In this document: positions 46,142 to 55,901 of the stretch, one piece after another
Layout of the letters: every line of letters begins with the position of its first letter
Numbering within the stretch: the first letter of the stretch is position 1
Virus record (IMG/VR): IMGVR_UViG_3300029955_000846
Strand: one strand, 5' to 3'
Source: an uncultured virus (IMG/VR IMGVR_UViG_3300029955_000846)
Taxonomy: Duplodnaviria > Heunggongvirae > Uroviricota > Caudoviricetes
DNA length: 64,000 nt
The notes under the pieces: generated by a model
Seen by the model: only the letters and a program-made list of their open reading frames with translations
What the model was told of the DNA's origin: nothing
The model's database searches: none
Made by a program: the position numbers and the translations under genes

Positions 46142-47362
46142 CTATTTCCCCGGCGAAAGATCTTGCAACGATATAACGGAAAGCTGCGTTTGCGCAACGC
46201 TATCGGTGATCCACTCACTTATAAGTTTGTCTGAGGCAAACCGATGGACCGGCATCCACGAGATCGAGGTGACCGTGTTGTCCAGCGCCCGCGCGAGCCC
46301 CGCTGCAGAGTTCGTCGTCGCACCGGCCGGGCTGCACAATGCGGTGGCCCCGATGTTGATCTGCGCGAAGCTGCCGTTTTGCCCGATGCTTGTCACGAGA
46401 CCAAACTGATAGCTGCCGTCCCCATAGGCCGCGCAGAATGCGTCAAAGACAGTATCACCAACGAAGTCGGTATAAAGGTCGCTTGGGGCCAGGAAACTCG
46501 TGGCCCCGGCCGCGACCGGTGCTTGAGGGATGATATCGTTCTGCCAGGTGGGCAACAGGAATTCGCCGAGTTGCCCGTGCAGGCGAAAATACATGTCCTC
46601 GATCGCCACCATCTGCTGATGCGTCATCGCCAGGTACGAGGCTTGCTGCGCTCGGGACACGAACGAGATCGGGTTGAAATAGGCCAATGCGCCATAGCCG
46701 TAATCGACGGTCTCGTAGTCGTTCGAGAATGTGACCTTGGGGTTCGTCATCCAGTTCGGGCGCATGAGGAAAACCTCGCGGCCATTGAATACCACGGGCG
46801 CCGCAGCCGGATTGGTTTCGACCTCGGTCAGCGGAGTCACATTGAACGTGATCGATCCGGAGACCACGCCGTCTGTCACAAGTTCGATATCGACGGTGCT
46901 GGGGAACCGTCCCTGCAGCGCAGGATACAGCGACGTGCCCGCCGGGATGGCGGGGGCCGCACCCACGATGGTGAAGCCACCAACGGTTGGCGCGACGTCG
47001 ATAAGGAATTGGTCTGCGCCGGGTACGCGCGCCGCGACAACCCCGGTAAGCCAAGGGGGTGTGGTCCCGGTGGCGATGGTCCCGTTCGTCCCTGCTGCTG
47101 ACCCCGTCGTCACCACGGCGCGGCGGCTCTCATCCGCGACCAAGATATCCTGGCCGATATTGGCCTTGAGCCATCCCATCATCTGCCGGGTGTAGGCGGG
47201 CATCGTCAGGAAATCGAACTCGAGGGTCTTGCGCGGACGGAGTCGTAGCCCCCGGCGCTGCTCTTTTCCTGAGCGACTGATCTGTACGGTCGTCCGATAT
47301 TCCCGGGTAACCTTGAGCGATGAGGACCAGTTTACCCGGCCGGGAAACAGGGGAAGGGTCAT
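46142..47362 (-). CDS. Distal tail protein
   Basis: 'SRSGKEQRRGLRLRPR'; follows tape measure. Confidence 0.75.
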   Translation of the reverse strand: MTLPLFPGRVNWSSSLKVTREYRTTVQISRSGKEQRRGLRLRPRKTLEFDFLTMPAYTRQMMGWLKANIGQDILVADESRRAVVTTGSAAGTNGTIATGTTPPWLTGVVAARVPGADQFLIDVAPTVGGFTIVGAAPAIPAGTSLYPALQGRFPSTVDIELVTDGVVSGSITFNVTPLTEVETNPAAAPVVFNGREVFLMRPNWMTNPKVTFSNDYETVDYGYGALAYFNPISFVSRAQQASYLAMTHQQMVAIEDMYFRLHGQLGEFLLPTWQNDIIPQAPVAAGATSFLAPSDLYTDFVGDTVFDAFCAAYGDGSYQFGLVTSIGQNGSFAQINIGATALCSPAGATTNSAAGLARALDNTVTSISWMPVHRFASDKLISEWITDSVAQTQLSVISLQDLSPGK

Positions 47363-50300
47363 CAGCCGAGGGCCTTCTTGATCGTCCGAGAATTCTTCCG
47401 GAAGTGGTTGACGATGGCTCGCTCACCGTGCTGCGTGGCCAGCGCTTCGGTGAGCATATGGCCAGCATCGATCGCGTTGATGATCTTGAGGTTCGGCGCG
47501 GCGCTCTGGGCAGAGGCCATCGTGGCGGCAATGTTGCCGATGTGGCGGGGGCTGCTGTTTTTCAACACCTCTTCGCCCTCTTGCAGGATCGTCGGATATT
47601 CGTCCGGGGCGACGCCCGCGATACCGCCGTCGTGCATTCGCAAGGCGCCGGCAAACGCTGCAGGGCTGATCGAGCGCATGGCGGCGGCGCGGCCAACGAT
47701 TCCGCCTGTGTGCATGACGGGCGCGGCGATGGTGAACGCATCCAGTGCGCTCGGCAGACCTGATGCAGAAATGGAGCCCAACTCCATACCACCGCCGGCC
47801 ACAGCGCCCCCCGCGCCGCCCCCGCCGAGGATCGATCCCAAAAGGCCGCCCAGCCCCCCCAGGCCGCCGCCAGACCCGCCACCGGCAGCCGCGTTGACGC
47901 CATTGCTCACGCTGGTCCCGATCCCCAGGGCGTTCAAGCCCTTCAAGATCTCGGTCTGCATGATCATGTCCGCAATTTTCAGCAGGAAGTCGCTGGCAAA
48001 CTGCAGGAACGCATTCCGCATTTCGCGAAAGATATTCGATGCACCACGCAGCCCGAGCGCGAACTGCGCGACGCCTTTGGCGCCGGCGTTGAACGTACTC
48101 ACGAGGCCGCCGGCGATGTCGGAATTCACCTGCTTCGAATCGATCAAATCAACTTTCAAGTTATTGATTTGATTGTGAATCGCCTCAAGCTGGGCGACAG
48201 TTTTCTGATCGCCGATCGCCTTGAAGTAGGCGATGGCATCGGGCAAACCCGCCTTGAGTTGCGCGCTGAGATCCGCGATATCCTTGCGCGCGGACTTGAT
48301 TTCCCCCTCGTCACCGCTCTTGTAGCCGTCGGTCAGCGCCTTACGCGCCTCGGTCAACTGACCACTCAGACCGCTCATGCTGTCGGCGTTCTGCTTGGTC
48401 AACTGACGCTGGAACTGCGAGGTGTAAACCTGCAATGCCTGCTGGCCCAACTCGTCGGTTGGGTTGCCAGCATGGTCTAAATTCCAGACACCCTCAGTTC
48501 GCAGCCGGTTGGCTGCCATTTGCGGCGCCGTGAGACGCTGGCTATTCTGCGTCGCCAACGCCTCCTCGTTCTGCAACTGTTCGAGTTTTTTGCGTTCCTC
48601 GTCGCGATGTGTGTTGTCGAATAGCTGGCCATAGGTGCCCGCCAACTTCTCCCGCTCGCCAGCCCCCCAAGTGATAGGGGCGGCTTCGCGGCCCCCTTTT
48701 CCGCTCTGTGAGTCCGCGATGCGTTTATCGAACGAGTCCATCTGGCGTTGGATGAACAAGTCGCGCGGCGACATACCGAGGGCTGCGGAATCCGCCACCG
48801 CCTTGGCGATCCCATCCGTCACCGACTGGTGGAAAGCGTCGATTTCGCTGTCGTTCTTCGACTGGGTCTGGGCCTGCTCGGCGGGGGTGGGAGCACGACG
48901 GAAGCCCAGCACAGCGCTGGCGGGGAAACTCTCTTCAGATACCTTGCCGCCAGCCTGATTGCCCCCAAGCACTCGCACCCGGTCGCCCTGATAGCCGTCA
49001 AAAAAGCCGACGTGCCCGTGTGCGCCAGCCCCCTTCAGCACCACGATGTCGCCAGGCTCCGCATCTTTCGGTGTGACGTTGGATCCGTATGTCAGAAAAT
49101 CGCGCGCAGCGAGGCTGCCCGTGCCCGGCGCACCATTCTGATGCAGGATCGCATTCACGAATGCCGCGCACCACGCGACCTTTTCCGGATCGAGGGACTG
49201 ACCGGACGACGCAAAGAGCGACTCAAGCCCGCGCCGGTCTTTGTGCTCGTCATCGCCGACATACCGTCGCGCGGAAGCGAGGTATTGCGCGCGGTTGCCG
49301 TCCTGTGCCTGCTGCACCGCCGAGGCGCCATTGATGTCTGAAACAGCCCGATCATGGAGCGCCTGGGCCTGTGCGAGTGCTGCGGCTTTCGCTTTGGGAT
49401 CTGTGATCGCGCCGGCCTTCTGCTGGGCCTGCTCAAGGTCTTGGTCGGCCTGAAATACAGCCTGAGCGCGCTCAGCCTCAGCGCGCAGTTCGGGGATGTC
49501 CTTCTTCAGGTTGTTCAGCGCCTTGCTGAACTCGTTCACCTTGTCCGTCGGGATTGACCCGCCGAATTTATCGAAGCTGTCGGTCAATCCGAGTACCGCC
49601 CGATCGGCATCCGTCATCGTCCCGCGCGCGGCGTCCATCAGCGCCTTGTTCTGCCGCAGCTTGTCGTTGGCATCGCCGATGTTGCGACCCCAGGCAATGA
49701 AACTTGCGCCGACGTTCTGCGGCAGGCCGGCATGCTGCACGAGGTTGTCGATCGAATGGGTGTACTCGTCGGCCGACAGCTTGCCGCTCTTGAGTTGCTC
49801 CGTCAGTCGTTGGACCTGGTTGATCGTCGCGGTCGGCGCGTATGCAAAATCCTCTCTATCCGAGTGGTTGATGATCGGCCGACTTACGAGTTCGTTGCGG
49901 GCATCCTGCAGCTTGACCTGCTGGCTGACCAGTTCGGTCTGCGTGAGGTCGCCGAGCTTCTGGCGGAACACGTCGGCCTTGCCGCCGGCATCCGCCCAGG
50001 CCTGCTGCACCTTGTCGAGTTGACGGTTATGCTCGTCAAACGCCTGCGTCATGTCGCTGACGCCAGAGACCACTTTGCCGGCAGCCGACATGGCGACGAA
50101 CGCGATGGCGCCGAACAGGAGCGGGATACCGCCGAGCGCCACGCTCAGAGCCGTCGATGCGCTGGCCGCCGCCATCAGGGCTTCGCCAAGTTCGACGATC
50201 TGCGGGATGAGGGCATAGAAGAATGCGCCGATCCGGATCGCGACGAACGCCTTGAACAACTCGAACAAGGTGCCGAAATGATCGAGGCACCAGACAAGGA

Positions 50301-52461
50301 TATTCGTCAGGTTGCCCAGCGCGCGGCCAAGGTTCTGGAAAAACTGCTGCCCCTCATCCGAACGGAAATAGGCGTTCAATCGCTCGAGCCCTGCGGCCAG
50401 CGCGTCCATGAATCCGGATTTGGCTACGGTCTCTTCGGACTCCTGCAAGGTGGTCTGAAAGCGGCCCCACTCTGCGTTGAAGGTCCGCAGCGCAGCAGGT
50501 AACCGGTCCTGAAAATGCTCGCGCAGCTTGTTCGCGAACTCGTTCATCACCTTTTCGTTGGCGGCGATACCTTCCGGACTCCGCTGCATCTTGCGGAATT
50601 CGTCGTTGGACAAACCAAGCGCTTCGGCCATCGATCGCGCGGCGAACGGGATCTGCCGCAACACGCCATTGAAATCGCGGGCATCAACCTTGCCCAGTTC
50701 GACCATCTTGTTGAAATCGAACAGCACCCGCTCAAACTGTGCGGTCGTCAAGCCGGCGACGCGGCCAGACTCAGCCAGCGCGGTGAACAGGTTGCGCGTC
50801 GTGCCAACGGAGATATTACTCGCGCTGGCGGCAAGAGCGAGCTTTGCATATTCCGAGGACAGAGAGGTAAGCTCGTAGCCCAGGCGCTCGGCCTCGCCAC
50901 GCACATAGGTCATTTCCTGCTTGGCGGCGCCCTCGTTGCCATTGAAAGCCGCGACGAGTTGCCCTTGGGCCTGCTGCAAGTTTGCTGCGGTCTGGATCAC
51001 CGCACGCAAGCCCCCCAGCGCGCCCTGCAACCCGACATATGCCGCAGCCAGGCCGAGCACTTCGCCACGAAGGCGCTGGAACAGGCTCAGCGATTCCCTG
51101 CTCGAATTGGCTGCCGACCGAGACGCCCCGGCCGCCTCAACTTCAGCGGCCATTTTGGCGCGGATCGCTGCGGCCAGCGCCACATACGACTCCCGGGCGC
51201 GCGCCGCGAACGTCATTTCGACCTGATGCGATTCCCAATCCAGCGCGGCCATCGCGGCGCTGGCGCGGGAGGCTTCCGCAGTGGCCCGCAAGGCTGCGGC
51301 GACTTCTCGCTCTTTCTCCGCGAGGACGCCCAGACGATTGGGGATTTCGGTAACCGAATTGCGCAGCGCGTCGTAAGCCGCCTTGGTCTCGATCACGCGG
51401 GCGCGGGCCAACTCGAACGCGCCAGACTGCTCCACAGTCGCCGTTCCGGCCTCGCGCATGGCGACTGCCAAGGCCCGCATTTCGTCCTGCGCCTGGCGAT
51501 AAACGAGGTACTTTTCCTTGGCCTCAGCAGCCCCCGTGAGGACAGGTGATGAGACCCCCTGCACAGGGCCCTGACGTTCCATGATCGACCGCAGTTCGGT
51601 CGCCGTCTTTGCGGCGGTCTGCATCGCCGTCGCGACGGCGTCAGCGTTGAGCGCGACACCGCCGAGCATATGCGATGCTGCGTCGCCTGCGCCCCGCAAC
51701 TCGTCGAACACCGTGCGCGCCTTGGCCAGGTTTTCAACCATGGCTTCCTGCGCGATGGCCGCCTTGCGGCTTGCGTTCTCCGCATTCAGGGCCGCCCGGG
51801 CATTCGATCCGATTTCGGCGGTAAGCCCGGCGTATTGCCGCTCAAGCCCGGTAACCGCCGACGCGCGCGATGCTTGCTGGCGCTCGAGGACGGCCTGCTG
51901 TTCGACCAACGGCAAGATCGCCTGAAGCTGCTCGCGATAGCTTTGGCGTTGCTTCTCAGACGCATTGTCTGCCCGGTTCATCTGGCCGACGAGTCGATTG
52001 AACCCCTTGGCGGCTGCGTCGATCTGGATCTGCAAGCCGAGGTGCTGACGCTCCAACTGGGCGGCGGCGGCCCGCTCACTTTCAAGCGCAACCTTGACCC
52101 GCTCGGACTCAGCGACCAGTCGGCTACCGGCTTGGGCCAATTCCTGTTGCTTGGCGCCGGCGTCGGCAACGCGGTCATTCGCAGACGCGACGGAGCTTTC
52201 GAGGCGCTCCATCGCCCCCGATGCCCGGTCGATCTGGCCAACGACGGTTTCGAGCGCCTTGAGCCCCTCGATCTCACGCGACAGTTTGTTGTAGGCTTCG
52301 CCGAGGCGCCCGAGTTGACCATCCGATTGCTGCGCGCTGTTCCCGACGTCTTGCTGGACGCCCGACAGGATTTTGAGCGCCTCGGCAACGGCGTTCACCG
52401 CCTTGGTTGCCTCGTCCCGCGCCCGGATGACCAGTTCAATATCGCGCTGGGACGAGGCCAT
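47362..52461 (-). CDS. Tape measure protein with TIGR02594-like peptidoglycan peptidase domain
   Basis: 1699 aa helical; 'WCAAFVN...PGDIVV...GHVGFF...LGGNQ'; 'HTGG/HDGG' C-terminus. Confidence 0.92.
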   Translation of the reverse strand: MASSQRDIELVIRARDEATKAVNAVAEALKILSGVQQDVGNSAQQSDGQLGRLGEAYNKLSREIEGLKALETVVGQIDRASGAMERLESSVASANDRVADAGAKQQELAQAGSRLVAESERVKVALESERAAAAQLERQHLGLQIQIDAAAKGFNRLVGQMNRADNASEKQRQSYREQLQAILPLVEQQAVLERQQASRASAVTGLERQYAGLTAEIGSNARAALNAENASRKAAIAQEAMVENLAKARTVFDELRGAGDAASHMLGGVALNADAVATAMQTAAKTATELRSIMERQGPVQGVSSPVLTGAAEAKEKYLVYRQAQDEMRALAVAMREAGTATVEQSGAFELARARVIETKAAYDALRNSVTEIPNRLGVLAEKEREVAAALRATAEASRASAAMAALDWESHQVEMTFAARARESYVALAAAIRAKMAAEVEAAGASRSAANSSRESLSLFQRLRGEVLGLAAAYVGLQGALGGLRAVIQTAANLQQAQGQLVAAFNGNEGAAKQEMTYVRGEAERLGYELTSLSSEYAKLALAASASNISVGTTRNLFTALAESGRVAGLTTAQFERVLFDFNKMVELGKVDARDFNGVLRQIPFAARSMAEALGLSNDEFRKMQRSPEGIAANEKVMNEFANKLREHFQDRLPAALRTFNAEWGRFQTTLQESEETVAKSGFMDALAAGLERLNAYFRSDEGQQFFQNLGRALGNLTNILVWCLDHFGTLFELFKAFVAIRIGAFFYALIPQIVELGEALMAAASASTALSVALGGIPLLFGAIAFVAMSAAGKVVSGVSDMTQAFDEHNRQLDKVQQAWADAGGKADVFRQKLGDLTQTELVSQQVKLQDARNELVSRPIINHSDREDFAYAPTATINQVQRLTEQLKSGKLSADEYTHSIDNLVQHAGLPQNVGASFIAWGRNIGDANDKLRQNKALMDAARGTMTDADRAVLGLTDSFDKFGGSIPTDKVNEFSKALNNLKKDIPELRAEAERAQAVFQADQDLEQAQQKAGAITDPKAKAAALAQAQALHDRAVSDINGASAVQQAQDGNRAQYLASARRYVGDDEHKDRRGLESLFASSGQSLDPEKVAWCAAFVNAILHQNGAPGTGSLAARDFLTYGSNVTPKDAEPGDIVVLKGAGAHGHVGFFDGYQGDRVRVLGGNQAGGKVSEESFPASAVLGFRRAPTPAEQAQTQSKNDSEIDAFHQSVTDGIAKAVADSAALGMSPRDLFIQRQMDSFDKRIADSQSGKGGREAAPITWGAGEREKLAGTYGQLFDNTHRDEERKKLEQLQNEEALATQNSQRLTAPQMAANRLRTEGVWNLDHAGNPTDELGQQALQVYTSQFQRQLTKQNADSMSGLSGQLTEARKALTDGYKSGDEGEIKSARKDIADLSAQLKAGLPDAIAYFKAIGDQKTVAQLEAIHNQINNLKVDLIDSKQVNSDIAGGLVSTFNAGAKGVAQFALGLRGASNIFREMRNAFLQFASDFLLKIADMIMQTEILKGLNALGIGTSVSNGVNAAAGGGSGGGLGGLGGLLGSILGGGGAGGAVAGGGMELGSISASGLPSALDAFTIAAPVMHTGGIVGRAAAMRSISPAAFAGALRMHDGGIAGVAPDEYPTILQEGEEVLKNSSPRHIGNIAATMASAQSAAPNLKIINAIDAGHMLTEALATQHGERAIVNHFRKNSRTIKKALG

Positions 52462-52464
52462 AGT

Positions 52465-52773
52465 TCAGTCCTTCATCAACTTGCTGATTTGCTTACTAAA
52501 TACGTCCCCACCCTCGGAAGAAAACAACGACGAGACGGCCATTTGCAGAAGGATTGCCTCGGTCACCGTCTGGCGGTTCAGCCTTTGGACGACGAGGTCA
52601 CATTCTTCATTCAGCAAACCGAGGGGGTACGTGGCGGCGGCAGGGTGGCCGTTGGCCAGCAACAGGCTGACTTGGCGGCGAAAACCCCACAACCAGGTGT
52701 CGAGGGTTAGAAGCTCCCCATCGTCACCCTGAGACTGTCCAGTACCCGAATGACCATCTCGCCCACTTTTTTT
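52465..52773 (-). CDS. Tail assembly chaperone, -1 frameshifted extension (gpT-like)
   Basis: -1 frame open from slippery AAAAAAA (52767-52773) to stop at 52465. Confidence 0.7.
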   Translation of the reverse strand, partial: KKSGRDGHSGTGQSQGDDGELLTLDTWLWGFRRQVSLLLANGHPAAATYPLGLLNEECDLVVQRLNRQTVTEAILLQMAVSSLFSSEGGDVFSKQISKLMKD

Positions 52774-53162
52774 ACGCCGCCGTGCCCTTCGAACGTGAGC
52801 ATCGCGATCTTTTCGAGCGCCTCCAACTGCGCAGGCATCGGCAGAAGGTCGACCAGATTGACGTCCGGCTCATCGGCGCCAGCGGCAACGATCTGTCGAA
52901 AAGCTGCGGGAGCCACCTGGGCAATGGCTGTGATCATCACGGCGGTATCGGTCAGCAGACCCGGCACACCGCCTTTCGAGAACCTGTCGAACAACAGGGC
53001 GAGAGGCTCGAAATTTGCTTGGACAATGGGTTGAATGTCGAGGAAGCCGAGCCCCCGAACGGAGAATGATTCCCCGTTCAGGAGTTCGACCTTGTCGGTG
53101 CGGCTTGTCAGGTGCGCAAGTCCCACGAGCCCGCTCCGATCAGACGCCGATACCATCGACAA
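52707..53162 (-). CDS. Tail assembly chaperone (gpG-like)
   Basis: Between tail tube and tape measure; 'VRGL', 'GGVKK'. Confidence 0.8.
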   Translation of the reverse strand: MSMVSASDRSGLVGLAHLTSRTDKVELLNGESFSVRGLGFLDIQPIVQANFEPLALLFDRFSKGGVPGLLTDTAVMITAIAQVAPAAFRQIVAAGADEPDVNLVDLLPMPAQLEALEKIAMLTFEGHGGVKKVGEMVIRVLDSLRVTMGSF

Positions 53163-53949
53163 ACATGAAGGTGCTAGCGCTGCTGAGCAGCAAGACCTTC
53201 AAGTCGAAGGTGATCTCGGCGAACTTGTCACCAATCGCGTCATAGGTGCCGTTGGGGACCAGCTTGACCCACGGCAGATACCAGACGTCGTTCGAGCCGG
53301 TGCTGTTGTCCGAGATATAGCGCACGGCGCCCTCCATCGGCTTGGTGCCGGCGGTGACCCGCGTCTTGGAAACTGCCAGGAGCGAATAGCCGACACTGAG
53401 CGTTTCCCCAGACGTGATCGAGCCGCCAGGAAGGGGCTGAATGCGGGCCATCGTATAGTCGACCAGGTAATCCACGCCTTCGACATACGTCGTCGTCCCG
53501 GCCCCGTTCTTCACCACGGGTTTGGTCGCGGTGCTGAGCGACTGGACGCCCACCGGGTTGGCGCCGCCGGCCCGGCCGAGTTGATAGTAGGCACCGAGAA
53601 GCACCGGGCCGATCTGCTCCGGGGCGATAGCGCCGGCCGCCTGCGTGATCGTCTGGGGACCACCAGAAGCGAAAAGGAAGCGCGAAAGCTGGTTCGCGTC
53701 CACGTTCTCGCTCTGGATCTGGCCCGATGCGTCCGCCTGGATCGCAGCAGATTCATCCATCACCTTCACGCCACCGGTCGACTGGTAGTGATCGGTCTGG
53801 GTCGTCTTGATCGCGACGTTGAAGCCCTTGCAGTCGCCGAGGAACATTTCGCCTGTGAGGCTCTGCGTTCCGGGGGCGAAGGCATCAAAGAAGACCGCAC
53901 CGCGGCCAGTCCGATAGTTGTTGACAACGGGAGTCAGAATGGAAGGCAT
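53140..53949 (-). CDS. Major tail tube protein
   Basis: 'NNY..GRG.VFF...LGD'; synteny. Confidence 0.8.
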   Translation of the reverse strand: MPSILTPVVNNYRTGRGAVFFDAFAPGTQSLTGEMFLGDCKGFNVAIKTTQTDHYQSTGGVKVMDESAAIQADASGQIQSENVDANQLSRFLFASGGPQTITQAAGAIAPEQIGPVLLGAYYQLGRAGGANPVGVQSLSTATKPVVKNGAGTTTYVEGVDYLVDYTMARIQPLPGGSITSGETLSVGYSLLAVSKTRVTAGTKPMEGAVRYISDNSTGSNDVWYLPWVKLVPNGTYDAIGDKFAEITFDLKVLLLSSASTFMFVDGIGV

Positions 53950-53971
53950 AACGGTCACTCCTTGATAGTGA

Positions 53972-53990
53972 AATCACCCATAACGTGATT
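53972..53990. promoter_or_regulatory. Operator AATCAC-CCATAAC-GTGATT
   Basis: Perfect half-sites upstream of tail tube. Confidence 0.7.
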
Positions 53991-54524
53991 TCAGGGGTAG
54001 GCAAAGGGGCTCGTCATATCCTCGAAAAACTCGAGGGTGAGCGGCAGGAAGAAGTTGGCCATGGCCGATACATCGTCCGGCGGCCGCACGACGCCGGTAG
54101 CGATTTTGTAGGAGCGAACCGCGCGGCCGACCCCGAAGATATTCCCCGATCCCAAGGCCGCTTTGAGATGGAGCGCGAGGCACTTCTTCACATCGGCCAT
54201 CAGGTAGTGGGCGGGATCGGTCGGATTTGTCGGATCATCCTGGACGAATCCCTGAACGAACAATGGCCATGGGCCAGCACCCAACCCGGAAAACTCGGGA
54301 GCAAACCCCCACTCTGGGCGCGGTTCCTCAAGGATCGAAAGCATCGGCAGCGGGTCGTCCATGCCGAACACATTTCGGCCGCGGAACACTCTGGGGCGCG
54401 TGTCGCCGTTGGTATCCACATAGTCCGAGAGATCGTGCTGATAGCCGGCGGCCGGCGTGATGCCTTGCAGCAACGCCGTCAGACCCATCAGCGTGGCCAG
54501 CTTGATTGGAATCAGCATGCTCAT
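53991..54524 (-). CDS. Tail terminator-like protein
   Basis: 'VFRGR..FG..DPLP.LSILE', 'PTDPAH.LMADV'; synteny. Confidence 0.7.
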   Translation of the reverse strand: MSMLIPIKLATLMGLTALLQGITPAAGYQHDLSDYVDTNGDTRPRVFRGRNVFGMDDPLPMLSILEEPRPEWGFAPEFSGLGAGPWPLFVQGFVQDDPTNPTDPAHYLMADVKKCLALHLKAALGSGNIFGVGRAVRSYKIATGVVRPPDDVSAMANFFLPLTLEFFEDMTSPFAYP

Positions 54525-55129
54525 TGCTTCAGATCCATCTGTCGATTGTATTCCTGCTCGAGGAACTCAGCCGCAGCCGGCGCAACCTCGGCGCGTGTCC
54601 CATCGAACACCTGACTGATGCTGGGGCCGTAGAGCAGCCACAACCCGTTGCTGAACGCCTTCGGCAGGTATGCGCCAGCGGGCGGCCCCTTGCTCCGGAC
54701 AGCGAGGCCCATGTTCGCGTTCGCCAGTCTGACGAGAAAGGCCTTCGGCATAACGACAGCGCGACCCGGCTTGATCTCGACGGTGACACCCCCGGGGGCC
54801 CCCGGCTTGGGATTGCCCTTGACGAACCGCGCGAGTGAGGTGGGGTCCACACGCGCGCCGATCCGGCCGCTCAGCGATGCCGTCGAGGCGTAGGCCTTGA
54901 CGATCAGTCGTCCTTCCGCCGGATTCAAGTAGCTGGCGGGAAAGGCGACCTGGCTTCGGATGGCCTCGGCGCTGCGCGTGCGGGTCCAGTCCAGAGCCTT
55001 GTTCACCGCTCTCTGCGCGCTCACAAGATGATGCTGCGCCACGTCATCGATCGCGTCGAAGGCCTCGATCCCAGAGATTGATATGCCGTAGCGCGAGCCC
55101 GCCGTATTGAAGATGGTGATTTTCGCCAT
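54521..55129 (-). CDS. Tail completion protein (lambda gpZ-like)
   Basis: 'RAVNKA', 'LYGPSI.QVF'. Confidence 0.75.
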   Translation of the reverse strand: MAKITIFNTAGSRYGISISGIEAFDAIDDVAQHHLVSAQRAVNKALDWTRTRSAEAIRSQVAFPASYLNPAEGRLIVKAYASTASLSGRIGARVDPTSLARFVKGNPKPGAPGGVTVEIKPGRAVVMPKAFLVRLANANMGLAVRSKGPPAGAYLPKAFSNGLWLLYGPSISQVFDGTRAEVAPAAAEFLEQEYNRQMDLKQ

Positions 55130-55545
55130 CAGACACCGTTTCCGGGATAGACGATCTGGTCGCCATCTTCCGAGGGATAGGGCAGCCCATTGGCTGCGCC
55201 ATTGATCATCGGGGCGATCTGCACATGCTGGAACCGGTCGTCCGGCGGCAGCGTATGATCGATGGTATAGGCTTCGCCCTGTTCGAATGACAGGATTGCC
55301 CCTTTGGTGATTTGGGCTGTCGGGATCGCATCCAGATCGAACACCGCCCGGGGCGCCAGATTCTCCATCTCGGCAGGGTAGAGGCGCGAGCCTTTTACGT
55401 CGCCCATGCGATCCCACCGGTTGTGCAAGCGCACGCGCAATAGGACAGGGGCGGCGGAAAGGGTTCGCAGGTACACAACCGGGATCGCCATACGATGATG
55501 GAGATCCCGGCGTGCGTTCCGCTTAATGGTGCGGATTGGCACCAT
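55129..55545 (-). CDS. Head-tail joining protein (gpFII-like)
   Basis: 'ARRDLH'; synteny. Confidence 0.65.
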   Translation of the reverse strand: MVPIRTIKRNARRDLHHRMAIPVVYLRTLSAAPVLLRVRLHNRWDRMGDVKGSRLYPAEMENLAPRAVFDLDAIPTAQITKGAILSFEQGEAYTIDHTLPPDDRFQHVQIAPMINGAANGLPYPSEDGDQIVYPGNGV

Positions 55546-55844
55546 CAGACGAGGTCGTCGTGTTCCGCCGGGGTGCCAGGCGCCGCAGGAGCAGCGGGGG
55601 CATCGGTGGAGGTGGGCTTCAAGTCCGCCGCAGCGGCCAGCGCCGGATCAAGCGTCTTCTCCGGATGGGTCGCCCGGTAGATCAGCACTTCTTCATCGGT
55701 CGGCTCGCGCACAGCACCGGCTTTCGTCAGATGACTGACGTGATCGGCCGCGACCAGATGGACCGCGCCGGGCTGCAGGATCTTCAGTTCCTTGGTCTCC
55801 GGATCCGAATGGTAGACCACATGCTTGATGAACAAAAGGGGCAT
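55545..55844 (-). CDS. Hypothetical head-region protein (gpFI position) ending EHDDLV
   Basis: Follows major capsid gene. Confidence 0.65.
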   Translation of the reverse strand: MPLLFIKHVVYHSDPETKELKILQPGAVHLVAADHVSHLTKAGAVREPTDEEVLIYRATHPEKTLDPALAAAADLKPTSTDAPAAPAAPGTPAEHDDLV

Positions 55845-55845
55845 A

Positions 55846-55864
55846 AGTCACCTCAAAGTTGACT
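55846..55864. promoter_or_regulatory. Operator AGTCAC-CTCAAAG-TTGACT
   Basis: Covers the RBS of 55844. Confidence 0.7.
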
Positions 55865-55901
55865 CAGTCAGCAAGTCAATGCTGACCGAGTTGGGTTGCA
55901 A

